Origin: Patescibacteria group bacterium | GTDB lineage: Bacteria > Patescibacteriota > Doudnabacteria > UBA920 | Reading direction: 5' to 3' | Assembly: GCA_036726225.1 (NCBI GenBank) | Contig: DAIMCS010000004.1 | Location: 21,829-85,828 of the forward strand | DNA: 64,000 bases | Shown: one piece after another, positions 56,730-64,000 of the stretch | How the letters are laid out: each line of letters opens with the position of its first letter | Numbering within the stretch: position 1 is the stretch's first letter | Notes under the pieces: generated by a model | What the model was told of the DNA's origin: nothing | The model's input: the letters and a program-made list of their open reading frames with translations, nothing else | The model's database searches: none | Position numbers and translations under genes: made by a program

Positions 56730-57923
56730 TTACTTAAAAAACTCCCAAAACACCCAAATAATATAATCTAAATCTGCTTTGGTTAAGCTTTGGTGAATGC
56801 CAATGTAAAACCCGTTGGCATTGAGTTTTTTAGCCACCGGATATTTTGGTTCTAAGTTTCCAAAGATTTTTTTATAGACCGGCTGGTTAATAAGCGGCAT
56901 AAGATAACGGGTTTCAACACCATGGTGTTCCAAATGTAAAATTAATTTGGTGCGGTTGACTTTCGGGTCAACAATAACTATAGGATAGCCTAAATATGTG
57001 TGTTTACTATAATTAGGAATGCCGGGCAGCTGCAAAGCGCGGCCAACTTTTTTTAAGCCCGCAGTTAAGTACGCTGCGTTTTGTTGTCGCTTGTCAATAA
57101 TTTTTTTAATAATTCTCATTTGCTCAAGTCCCAAAGCCGCTTCCATTTCCGTTAAACGATAGCTATAGCCCACATCTACAAAAGAGAATCTTCTGTCAAT
57201 TAAATAAAAAGCGGATTTGTCGGTTTCTTTGGAAATTTTATCGTCATCGTCAATACTTAAATATACCGCGTCCCTGCCGTGGTTCATAAGGCTTTTCATT
57301 TTGACTGCGTATTTGGCATTATTGGTTGTTGCCAAGCCCCCAACACCGGTGGTAATGATGTGCGCAACATAAGTGGAAAAACAGCCAATGTCACCCATAC
57401 TCCCGACTTTTTTGCCTTTGTAGCTTGCACCCACGGCCTCGCAGCCGTCTTCTATTACCTTAAGCTTATGTTTTTTAGCAATTTTTAAAATTGCGTCCAT
57501 TTCCGCCGGCAAGCCAAAAGAGTGGACTGCAATAATTGCCCGCGTCCGTTTGGTAATATGTTTTTCAATTTGGCTTGGATCTATGTTGTAAGTTTTGCTG
57601 TTAACGTCAACAAATACAGGTTTTAAGCTGTTTTGGATGACAATATTGGAAACCGCAATAAAAGTTACGGCCGGGACTAAAACTTCGTCACCGTCTTTCC
57701 AGTTATGCAGACTTTTTAGCGCATGCAATGCAATTTGCAAAGCGCACGTGCCGCTGGCCGTAAAAATACCAAACTTGCAATCGTGATAATTGGCAAATTC
57801 ATTTTCAAATTTGGCGCTCAAAGGACCATAAGAAAGCCGGCTGTCGTCTAAGGTCTTGTTAATTAGCTGTTTAGCGTACTTGCCGATTTCCAGGGTGCCA
57901 ATTGTAATTTTGCGTTTTTTCAT
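56730..57923 (-). CDS. DegT/DnrJ/EryC1/StrS-family PLP-dependent sugar aminotransferase
   Basis: Characteristic N-terminal segment and PLP-Lys region (SFVDVGYSYRLTEMEAALG-like); 397 aa. Confidence 0.8.
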   Translation of the reverse strand: MKKRKITIGTLEIGKYAKQLINKTLDDSRLSYGPLSAKFENEFANYHDCKFGIFTASGTCALQIALHALKSLHNWKDGDEVLVPAVTFIAVSNIVIQNSLKPVFVDVNSKTYNIDPSQIEKHITKRTRAIIAVHSFGLPAEMDAILKIAKKHKLKVIEDGCEAVGASYKGKKVGSMGDIGCFSTYVAHIITTGVGGLATTNNAKYAVKMKSLMNHGRDAVYLSIDDDDKISKETDKSAFYLIDRRFSFVDVGYSYRLTEMEAALGLEQMRIIKKIIDKRQQNAAYLTAGLKKVGRALQLPGIPNYSKHTYLGYPIVIVDPKVNRTKLILHLEHHGVETRYLMPLINQPVYKKIFGNLEPKYPVAKKLNANGFYIGIHQSLTKADLDYIIWVFWEFFK

Positions 57924-58822
57924 TTTTTTAAATAATTTTTCACACTTTCCTCTACCCCTGCTTGAAGGGAAACTTTAGGCGCCCAATGCAATTCTTTTTT
58001 CATTAAACTTACATTTAAAGCACGTTTTGAAACTTTCATTCCTTTTTGCCAGATAATTTTTCCCTTAAAATTTAAAATTTTTGCAACCAACTCAAAGACT
58101 TTGGAAATTTTTACGCTTTTGCCTGTGCCAATATTTATAAGTGCGGGCATATTTGGCTTTTTCAGCATAAGCTGAAGCGATTTTGCAGCGTCGTCCACAT
58201 ATAACAAATCCACCGGGTGGTGTCCGTTGTTGCCGGCAACCAAACTTTTTGCATTATGTTTTTTTGCCTTATGTACCTGCTTAATTGCGCTTGGCACCAA
58301 CGGCGGCGGGTTGAAATTAAATTTGTCTTTTGGTCCGTACAAATTTGGAAAAATTACGCAGGCGGTTTTAATGCCGTATTGCTGCGCGTATGATGCTGCA
58401 ATTACATCCGTAATTCTTTTGGCGTAGCCATAAGGCATATTGCCCTGGGGCGGGCCTTTCCATAAATCTTCTTCTTTTAGCGGCAGTTTGCCCGAAGGGT
58501 AAGCGGTAATAGAACTAATAAATATTAGCTTTTTTACGCCGTTTAGTCTAGCTGCTTCGGCAATATTTAAAGCCGCTGCCACATTTTGGTAAAAAACCTC
58601 GCCCGGCCTTTGCATTTGTTCAATTCGGCTCAAAACCAAACCGGCCGTATGGATAACAATGTCCACATTCCTTAAGGCGGCTTTGGCCCTGTTTAGGTCG
58701 GTTAAATCAAAAGCCTTGTGGCTTATGCCCCTGACTTTAAACTTTTTTTCGGCCTTTAAAACTTTTAAAATGCTTTGGCCTAAAAAACCGCTTGCGCCTG
58801 TAATTAATACTTTTTGCTGCAT
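57920..58822 (-). CDS. NAD(P)-dependent epimerase/dehydratase, GDP-L-fucose synthase (Fcl)-like
   Basis: ITGASGFLG Rossmann; YxxxK in YGYAKR; PNLYGPKDKFNF matches the Fcl TNLYGPHDNF segment. Confidence 0.7.
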   Translation of the reverse strand: MQQKVLITGASGFLGQSILKVLKAEKKFKVRGISHKAFDLTDLNRAKAALRNVDIVIHTAGLVLSRIEQMQRPGEVFYQNVAAALNIAEAARLNGVKKLIFISSITAYPSGKLPLKEEDLWKGPPQGNMPYGYAKRITDVIAASYAQQYGIKTACVIFPNLYGPKDKFNFNPPPLVPSAIKQVHKAKKHNAKSLVAGNNGHHPVDLLYVDDAAKSLQLMLKKPNMPALINIGTGKSVKISKVFELVAKILNFKGKIIWQKGMKVSKRALNVSLMKKELHWAPKVSLQAGVEESVKNYLKK

Positions 58823-58834
58823 TCTGTTAGAAGT

Positions 58835-59719
58835 TTAGTCTTTTAAATAACTATGAAAAGAAACCGAGTTATACTTGTCCCCATACTTTGCCCTTAACAT
58901 CTGCCAGTCAGTAAGCTTGGACGGGCCTAAGCCTGTATTATAAAATATTTTGCGGATAACTTTTTGTGGATATTTGCAATACACCCAATGGGCGTAATTT
59001 TCATAATCCGCAATGCTGGACAGCTCACTTCTGTCCACTGCCGCAAGGTAAGCTTTATACCATGGCATATTATGCTTCTTTTCCATTTCATCCTTGCACT
59101 CTTTGAGAAGCTGTTTGTTAAAAATCATCATATGCACAATAAAAGACAGCGGGCATTTAATGCCAAAACCGAACAGCCTTTTAAAAGCGTCAAAGTACGG
59201 CGGGTTCCATTCCTCGCTGTTGCCAAAAACAAATTTGCCGCCCTGCAAAAAACCTACGGGATTTAAAAAAATGGTGTCAGATTCCAAAATTAAAAAATTC
59301 GGCATTTCCACAAAACTGTCCGCGCCAAATTTTAATAGCTGCTGCAGTATCCAGCCGCTCCTGTCCCAACCCTGGACTTTTAAATTAATATCCTCCTTCT
59401 TTACGGGAAGGTAAGAATTTTCGTCTATAAAAACACAGTTATAAGTACTACAAATGTTTCTAATTTCAGGGTTGTCGGTGGAAACAATAAAAATTTTATT
59501 GATGGTATGGCAAACGTTACTTAAAGAAGAAATTGATTTAACCACCGCTTTATAATCTTTTTGGATGGTGACCAAAACTACGTCAATGGCCACCTGGTCA
59601 AAGTCACTCCGGCTGTGTTTAAAATCTGCTTTAAACAGTTTTTTAAGTTTGTACAAAAAATAGGGCGGCAACAACCAGGGCTGCTTTAAACGCTGTTTAA
59701 TTTCAAAAAGAAAGCTCAT
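58835..59719 (-). CDS. Hypothetical protein in the glycan cluster (possibly a nucleotide-sugar transferase-like fold)
   Basis: Context only; no clear motif. Confidence 0.3.
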   Translation of the reverse strand: MSFLFEIKQRLKQPWLLPPYFLYKLKKLFKADFKHSRSDFDQVAIDVVLVTIQKDYKAVVKSISSLSNVCHTINKIFIVSTDNPEIRNICSTYNCVFIDENSYLPVKKEDINLKVQGWDRSGWILQQLLKFGADSFVEMPNFLILESDTIFLNPVGFLQGGKFVFGNSEEWNPPYFDAFKRLFGFGIKCPLSFIVHMMIFNKQLLKECKDEMEKKHNMPWYKAYLAAVDRSELSSIADYENYAHWVYCKYPQKVIRKIFYNTGLGPSKLTDWQMLRAKYGDKYNSVSFHSYLKD

Positions 59720-60639
59720 TTATTTTTTAACTGGTTTACAAGATTTAAAAATAATTTTGCGCAAACTGAGTCAGTCATATTTTGCAAAACCCACTGCCTG
59801 GGCGAAAATTTATTTGAAGTTAAAGATGTAACTAAACTTTTTAACTGCTCAACATTTTCCCAATATTCTCCGGTGGCTTTTGACAGAAAAGGCGCCGGGT
59901 CATCTGTCATGTCCGCAAAATGCGGATGCGGTTTTTTTGGGTTCCAGACAAAAGTCGGCACATCCATTGACCAGCTTTCTGCCAAAGCAATTCCCTGGCT
60001 TTCAGACTGGCTAAAAAAAATGCTTGCCTTGCTTTGGCTTAAAGCTGCTTTAAAACTTGCGGCCGAATATTTACCGTAATTAACCCGCAAGGCTTTAAAA
60101 CCCAAATTTTCAACCAAACTTTTGGCCTGTAAAATTAATTCTTCCGGTGCATTTTTTGAATACAATAAAATGCTTTTACGATTTTCTGCCCGGTTATCTT
60201 GGGTCCAAAATTGCTCATTTACTCCAGTATACCATACGTAAATTCGTCCCAAAAGCTTTGGATTGTACCTTTCGTAAGCGGTTTTTACCTGTTGTGACGG
60301 CACTAAACAAACATCAACTTCCGCCCTGGCAATAAGTCCGTTATTGTCGTTGGACGTGTAAACAACATTTGGTCCGGCAAGCAAAAATTTTATTTTGCCC
60401 GCTCTTTTTTGCTCAACTGCCCAGGCTAAAACGTTAGCGCCGCTAAGCACACATACCACTTCTACGGGATTAACTATGTTTTGGTTTACTTTAAAGTCTG
60501 CCTGTAAATTCGTAAGTCCGCGGGTTAAGCTTCCAAATACGGCGGCAGGGCCGCTGTTTTTTTTACCCAGTAATTTTTTTATTGCCAACTTCAACCTGCC
60601 CGACAAAAAAAAGTCCTGATTGTATAAAAATACAGGCAT
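59716..60639 (-). CDS. GT-B (family 1-like) glycosyltransferase, probably truncated or atypical
   Basis: C-terminal segment ...SESQGIALAESWSMDVPTFVW resembles Glycos_transf_1 (E...G..l.EAma.G.P). Confidence 0.45.
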   Translation of the reverse strand: MPVFLYNQDFFLSGRLKLAIKKLLGKKNSGPAAVFGSLTRGLTNLQADFKVNQNIVNPVEVVCVLSGANVLAWAVEQKRAGKIKFLLAGPNVVYTSNDNNGLIARAEVDVCLVPSQQVKTAYERYNPKLLGRIYVWYTGVNEQFWTQDNRAENRKSILLYSKNAPEELILQAKSLVENLGFKALRVNYGKYSAASFKAALSQSKASIFFSQSESQGIALAESWSMDVPTFVWNPKKPHPHFADMTDDPAPFLSKATGEYWENVEQLKSLVTSLTSNKFSPRQWVLQNMTDSVCAKLFLNLVNQLKNK

Positions 60640-60640
60640 C

Positions 60641-61465
60641 CTATTTAAAATCCTTAAGCCTCTTGCTTGCAGCCAAAAAATTGGTAGTCACAAAAATTTC
60701 AAAAAATTCGCTGTAATTAAGCGGCCTTAAACCGTCTTTTACAATTCTAAAAATATTAAACCGGCCTTTTAATAAATTTACAAAATCTCTCAAAAAAACC
60801 CGCGCGTCTATGTCTGCGCCGCCAAATTCAAATTGAATGAAGTCCACAGCGTCAGCTTTAAGCAAGTCTTGGGCGCCTTTTAAAACTTCCATTTCATTGC
60901 CTTCAACGTCGAGTTTTAAATAATTAATTTTTTCAATCCGGCTTTCTTTGCAAAATTTGTCCAGTGTGGTAATTGCCACTTCTTCCTGCAAATTAAAATC
61001 TATTTTAAAGTACGACATATCCCGCTTATAAAGCGAAGCCATACCCGAAGATTGCTCATCGAAATAAAGCACGGATTTGGCCTCGGCCGAGCCCAAACCA
61101 AAATTGTAAGCAGTAACTTCCCCGTAATTAGCGGCGTTTTTTTTAAAGGTTTGGTAAGCTGCGGCAGAAGGCTCAAAAGCAAAAATTTTAAACGGGAAAT
61201 TATGCGTTTTTAAAATATCCCTAAGGCTTAGTGAATATTCACCTTTGTTTGCGCCGACGTCGAATATGGTTACCTTAGATGCGTCTTGCCATAAATTTTT
61301 TGCAATTTGCTTTATGACTTGAGTCTCGCCGCTGTCCTGCAAAAAAGAACCGCCGCCCACATTCATACCCCTTAAGCTAAAGAAAAAAAGCCTTTCAAAA
61401 AACGGCTGAAAAATTTTCCTTCCCCAAAAAATCCCTAAAAATGATTTTACAATTTTCTTAAGCAT
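60641..61465 (-). CDS. FkbM-family methyltransferase
   Basis: IFDVGANKGEYS and FAFEPS motifs typical of FkbM. Confidence 0.75.
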   Translation of the reverse strand: MLKKIVKSFLGIFWGRKIFQPFFERLFFFSLRGMNVGGGSFLQDSGETQVIKQIAKNLWQDASKVTIFDVGANKGEYSLSLRDILKTHNFPFKIFAFEPSAAAYQTFKKNAANYGEVTAYNFGLGSAEAKSVLYFDEQSSGMASLYKRDMSYFKIDFNLQEEVAITTLDKFCKESRIEKINYLKLDVEGNEMEVLKGAQDLLKADAVDFIQFEFGGADIDARVFLRDFVNLLKGRFNIFRIVKDGLRPLNYSEFFEIFVTTNFLAASKRLKDFK

Positions 61466-61544
61466 AACCTATGTATTTTAACACAAAAACCCTGCCTAAA
61501 ACAAAATTCCCCCGTCAATTGGCGGGGGAATTTTTTTTGCTGTT

Positions 61545-62111
61545 TTATTGAGCCGGAGCCCCGGTTGGGTTGGCTTTGTAAGCTTCTATAGCCTTAACTA
61601 CACTGCCTTCTGTTTTCAAATCTTCGTAGAACAAAATTTGCGAGCGGGAAATGTGCATTTCATCTTCAGGACCGTGGAGTTCATTACCCAACTTGACCAA
61701 AGAAATGGACTGTTGGGCATTTAGGGCATCGGTTCCGCTTCCCTGCTGTGGTCCAACCTGCAAGTAGTAAATATCCTTTAAGGTAACATAGTTATCTTGC
61801 GTATTGGAAATTTGGCCAAAGTACACTTGTCCGTTGGTCAAAAATACAGCCTGGTAGGTTGAAGCCTGGTCCGTAGCAGTGCCTAAAACATCGCCGCCTG
61901 AACCTTTAAAGAGTTTGCCTCTAAAAAGTACACCCAAAACTACAATAACAATTACGACTATGGCCAGAATTATCCAGGGCATTTTGGAAGATTTTCTCGG
62001 TTCTTCTGACATTTGCATTTGTGGCTGTTGTTGCATACCGCCCTGCATACCAGGGGTTTGTTGTGGGCGATTTATTCTAATTTCATCTGACATATATTTT
62101 AATCCTTTCAA
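61545..62111 (-). CDS. Hypothetical single-pass membrane protein with a Gln/Met/Gly-rich cytoplasmic N-terminus
   Basis: PQQTPGMQGGMQQQPQMQM, then a TM helix (WIILAIVVIVIVVLGVLF), then an extracellular domain. Confidence 0.4.
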   Translation of the reverse strand: MKGLKYMSDEIRINRPQQTPGMQGGMQQQPQMQMSEEPRKSSKMPWIILAIVVIVIVVLGVLFRGKLFKGSGGDVLGTATDQASTYQAVFLTNGQVYFGQISNTQDNYVTLKDIYYLQVGPQQGSGTDALNAQQSISLVKLGNELHGPEDEMHISRSQILFYEDLKTEGSVVKAIEAYKANPTGAPAQ

Positions 62112-62204
62112 AAATTAGTATTAAGTATCTCGTATCACGTATAAAGTATTAAAAGCAAAACACACGTTGCTTAATACATAATACCTTATACTCTGTACTA
62201 ATCT

Positions 62205-62789
62205 TTAGCACCTAAGCACCATAAGCCTGTGCAGGGAAAAAATGGACTTAAAGCTGCTAGTAGCTTTAAAGCTTTTGGAAACCGGAAGTTTTTTTAGTTC
62301 AAATAAGCTTACCAAAAAGACAAACGCGGCTAAAGGCAAAACCGGAAGTCGGCCGGTAACGGGAGCTGGGGCTAAAGAAGGGCTTTGAATTTTGGCCGGC
62401 GGAATGACGACTACAACTTTAGGAAAAGTTTGCTCATTTGCCGAAACAGAAAGTTTTGGATTAACAGCCCTCTGGAAAGCTATTTGCAAATTAAAACAAT
62501 TGGCGGGTTGGTTTAAATTTAAGCCCGCGGTGGGTTGGACCAGGTCTTGGGTATTGCCCAAAGAAAGCAGACATTCTGCTCCCGCAGTTACTTGTTTTCC
62601 GCTCTCTACCACTGCTCTGACCGAAGGTTTTGGCTGCGCAAAATGGACAAAAACCGTCGGGGCATTTGCAAGGCTTGGTGCTTCAGTTTTTTGCTGCTCC
62701 AGGTTGCTGCCAAAAACGCCCTGATTCTGCAAAATTAGGCTTAAAGAAAAGGAGAATATTAAACTAAAGGCTAGTATTTTTTTCAACAA
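62205..62789 (-). CDS. Hypothetical secreted protein
   Basis: Signal peptide, and an AAFVFLVSLF hydrophobic segment near the C-terminus. Confidence 0.35.
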   Translation of the reverse strand: MLKKILAFSLIFSFSLSLILQNQGVFGSNLEQQKTEAPSLANAPTVFVHFAQPKPSVRAVVESGKQVTAGAECLLSLGNTQDLVQPTAGLNLNQPANCFNLQIAFQRAVNPKLSVSANEQTFPKVVVVIPPAKIQSPSLAPAPVTGRLPVLPLAAFVFLVSLFELKKLPVSKSFKATSSFKSIFSLHRLMVLRC

Positions 62790-62865
62790 AAAATTGCTAC
62801 TAATTTATATAAAAATTATAGCAACATTAGTGTTAATGCCCAAAGAAGTTATACACAGCAGCCCT

Positions 62866-63348
62866 TTAATTCGGGAACATTTTTTGCAAATCTTCCAAAT
62901 TATTTATATCCGTAGTTTTTATTAACCGGACAAAAAACTTTTTGCCTAAATCGGAAAGCTCTTTTTCAATTTCTTCGTCTAAAAAATACGGCGAAACCCA
63001 AATACTGTTCTGCCATTTTTTAAAATGAAGCTGTTTTAGTTTTGCGCGAAGAACGGTGCGTACATATTTATGCTTTTCCGGAATGTCAAAAATTACCAGT
63101 TTCCAAACCCCGTCTTTTTGCGGCAAAAGGCGTTTAAGTAATTTTTTACCTTCCGCGGTAATTCCGGCTGTGCTCTGCGTTTTGTTTATGTACCCCTGCT
63201 CGGTTAGCCTGAAAAGGTAATTATAAAAATCTTTGCCTGAAAGTTTTTCGGCACAAGCGGAATGGATTTGGCTAAATTCTACAGGCTTCTCTTTTTCAAA
63301 AAGAAAATTTAAGATGGAAATTGTAATTGGATTATAAACTCTGGCCAT
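62866..63348 (-). CDS. PaaX-like transcriptional regulator (N-terminal wHTH plus PaaX_C-like domain)
   Basis: VWKLVIFDIPEKHKYVRTVLRAKLKQLHFKKWQNSIWVSP matches the PaaX pattern W.lv.yDiPe..r..R..Lr..L...Gfg.lq.svWvsP. Confidence 0.5.
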   Translation of the reverse strand: MARVYNPITISILNFLFEKEKPVEFSQIHSACAEKLSGKDFYNYLFRLTEQGYINKTQSTAGITAEGKKLLKRLLPQKDGVWKLVIFDIPEKHKYVRTVLRAKLKQLHFKKWQNSIWVSPYFLDEEIEKELSDLGKKFFVRLIKTTDINNLEDLQKMFPN

Positions 63349-63435
63349 TCTTTGATTATACCAAACCTGGCAAAAATTTCGAGCCTAAAATAAAAGGATG
63401 CCTTTTTTAGGGGAATCCTTCTATTAAAAATATTT

Positions 63436-64000
63436 TTAAGGCGTTTCTCCGCCTCCGCCGCCGCTGCCACCGCCACTCTGTGAACCACCGCCCCCACTGC
63501 CGCTGCCCTCACCGCTGCCGGTGCCCCCGCTGCCTCCGCCAACTTGAGTCGGGCCGCCCCCGCTGCCATCTCCTGCGCCGGTGGTTCCGCTACTTGTAGC
63601 AAAGCCCCAACAAAAAGCATTATTACCCAGGTTAACATTACCCGTGTTACTTACTAAAGCTGAAGTGGCCGTACAACCGGAATCCATTACAAAAACATTG
63701 GTCACATTACTTTGGGTGGAATTAAAATGCACCAGCCAGCGGGTGCCCAACATATCTGACCTTATAATTATCCGGCTCGCTCCGCCGGTAATGGAAAAAT
63801 TAGAAGCAATGGTAAACAAAGGCGTGCTGCCGTCTACCGAGGCGCCAAAACGCAATTCCTTGCCCGTGGAAGTGGCGGTTACATTGTAAAAAATTACGGA
63901 GCTGCTGGCGGTAATTGTAGTAGTGGCTACAGGTGCAAAAAACACAGTGCTCGTATTGTGGACAAAAGTACCTGCAATGACAAAATTGCCGGAAATTGTT
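63436..64000 (-). CDS. Partial CDS: secreted Gly/Ser-rich repetitive protein, runs off the window end
   Basis: C-terminal GGSGGGGGETP-type tail; the frame stays open to the window edge; a GC-rich repeat creates an Ala-rich antisense ORF. Confidence 0.35.
   Translation of the reverse strand, partial: TISGNFVIAGTFVHNTSTVFFAPVATTTITASSSVIFYNVTATSTGKELRFGASVDGSTPLFTIASNFSITGGASRIIIRSDMLGTRWLVHFNSTQSNVTNVFVMDSGCTATSALVSNTGNVNLGNNAFCWGFATSSGTTGAGDGSGGGPTQVGGGSGGTGSGEGSGSGGGGSQSGGGSGGGGGETP

Noticed and set aside
63309-63638. Ala-rich 109-aa ORF.
   Set aside because: Alternative frame of the Gly/Ser-rich repeat gene on the same strand. It is an artefact of GC-rich repeats.
1-64000. CRISPR arrays, rRNA genes, tmRNA, group I/II introns and inteins.
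   Set aside because: No regularly spaced direct repeats, rRNA-like conserved blocks or tmRNA tRNA-like 3' ends were seen. The typA and ileS inserts are far too short for inteins.

Overview
The window is AT-rich (roughly 38-42% GC by eye) and gene-dense, with mostly minus-strand housekeeping genes. That pattern fits a small-genome bacterium, possibly CPR/Patescibacteria-like, but this is an inference only.

Recognisable genes:
- Housekeeping: rsmA/ksgA, pcrA/uvrD-type helicase, recO, ileS, argS, smpB, typA/bipA, zwf, gnd, holA-like, tRNA-Lys(CTT) and tRNA-Arg(TCG).
- Cell-wall hydrolysis: a LysM-CHAP peptidoglycan hydrolase.
- Copper: a CopC-CopD (YcnJ-like) fusion plus two secreted proteins whose predicted mature N-terminus is His.
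- Oxidative and alkylation damage repair: msrA, msrB, an alkA-like glycosylase, an alkyltransferase-like MGMT-family protein and a YgjP/DUF45 hydrolase.
- Transport: a P-type cation ATPase and an AI-2E transporter.
- Other: a Fic protein next to a membrane NERD protein, and a PadR plus PspC/DUF4097 pair.
- Type IV pilus: pilB-pilC-pilM-pilN-pilO, followed by a surface polysaccharide cluster (sugar phosphotransferase, GT2, DegT aminotransferase, fcl-like epimerase, FkbM methyltransferase, GT1-like).

Most striking is a ~6.5 kb visibly GC-rich foreign segment at 15855-22374 that interrupts and partly replaces a PLD/Nuc-family gene. The N-terminal fragment of that gene ends at 15854 and the C-terminal 'GSFNWT' fragment resumes at 22374. 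The island carries:
- two non-contiguous fragments of an ISL3-family transposase;
- a Fis-type HTH protein;
- two secreted proteins, one with a HEFGH zinc-protease motif;
- a TraD/VirD4-like P-loop ATPase;
- a 5'-truncated, frameshifted large serine recombinase.

Smaller observations:
- A four-helix-bundle ('23S IVS protein') gene is flanked by near-perfect 13-16 bp inverted repeats, and a cargo-less pair of the same repeats lies near 5.5 kb.
- A family of ~95-100 bp palindromic elements has TGTCAT termini.
- Short GC-rich in-frame insertions sit inside typA and ileS.
- The tRNA-Arg gene is embedded in 14-bp perfect inverted repeats next to a degenerate tRNA-Arg copy.
- A CGAAT-pentamer palindrome lies between ileS and recO.

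No CRISPR array or rRNA gene was seen. All calls rest on motif recognition by eye, and no database search was possible.
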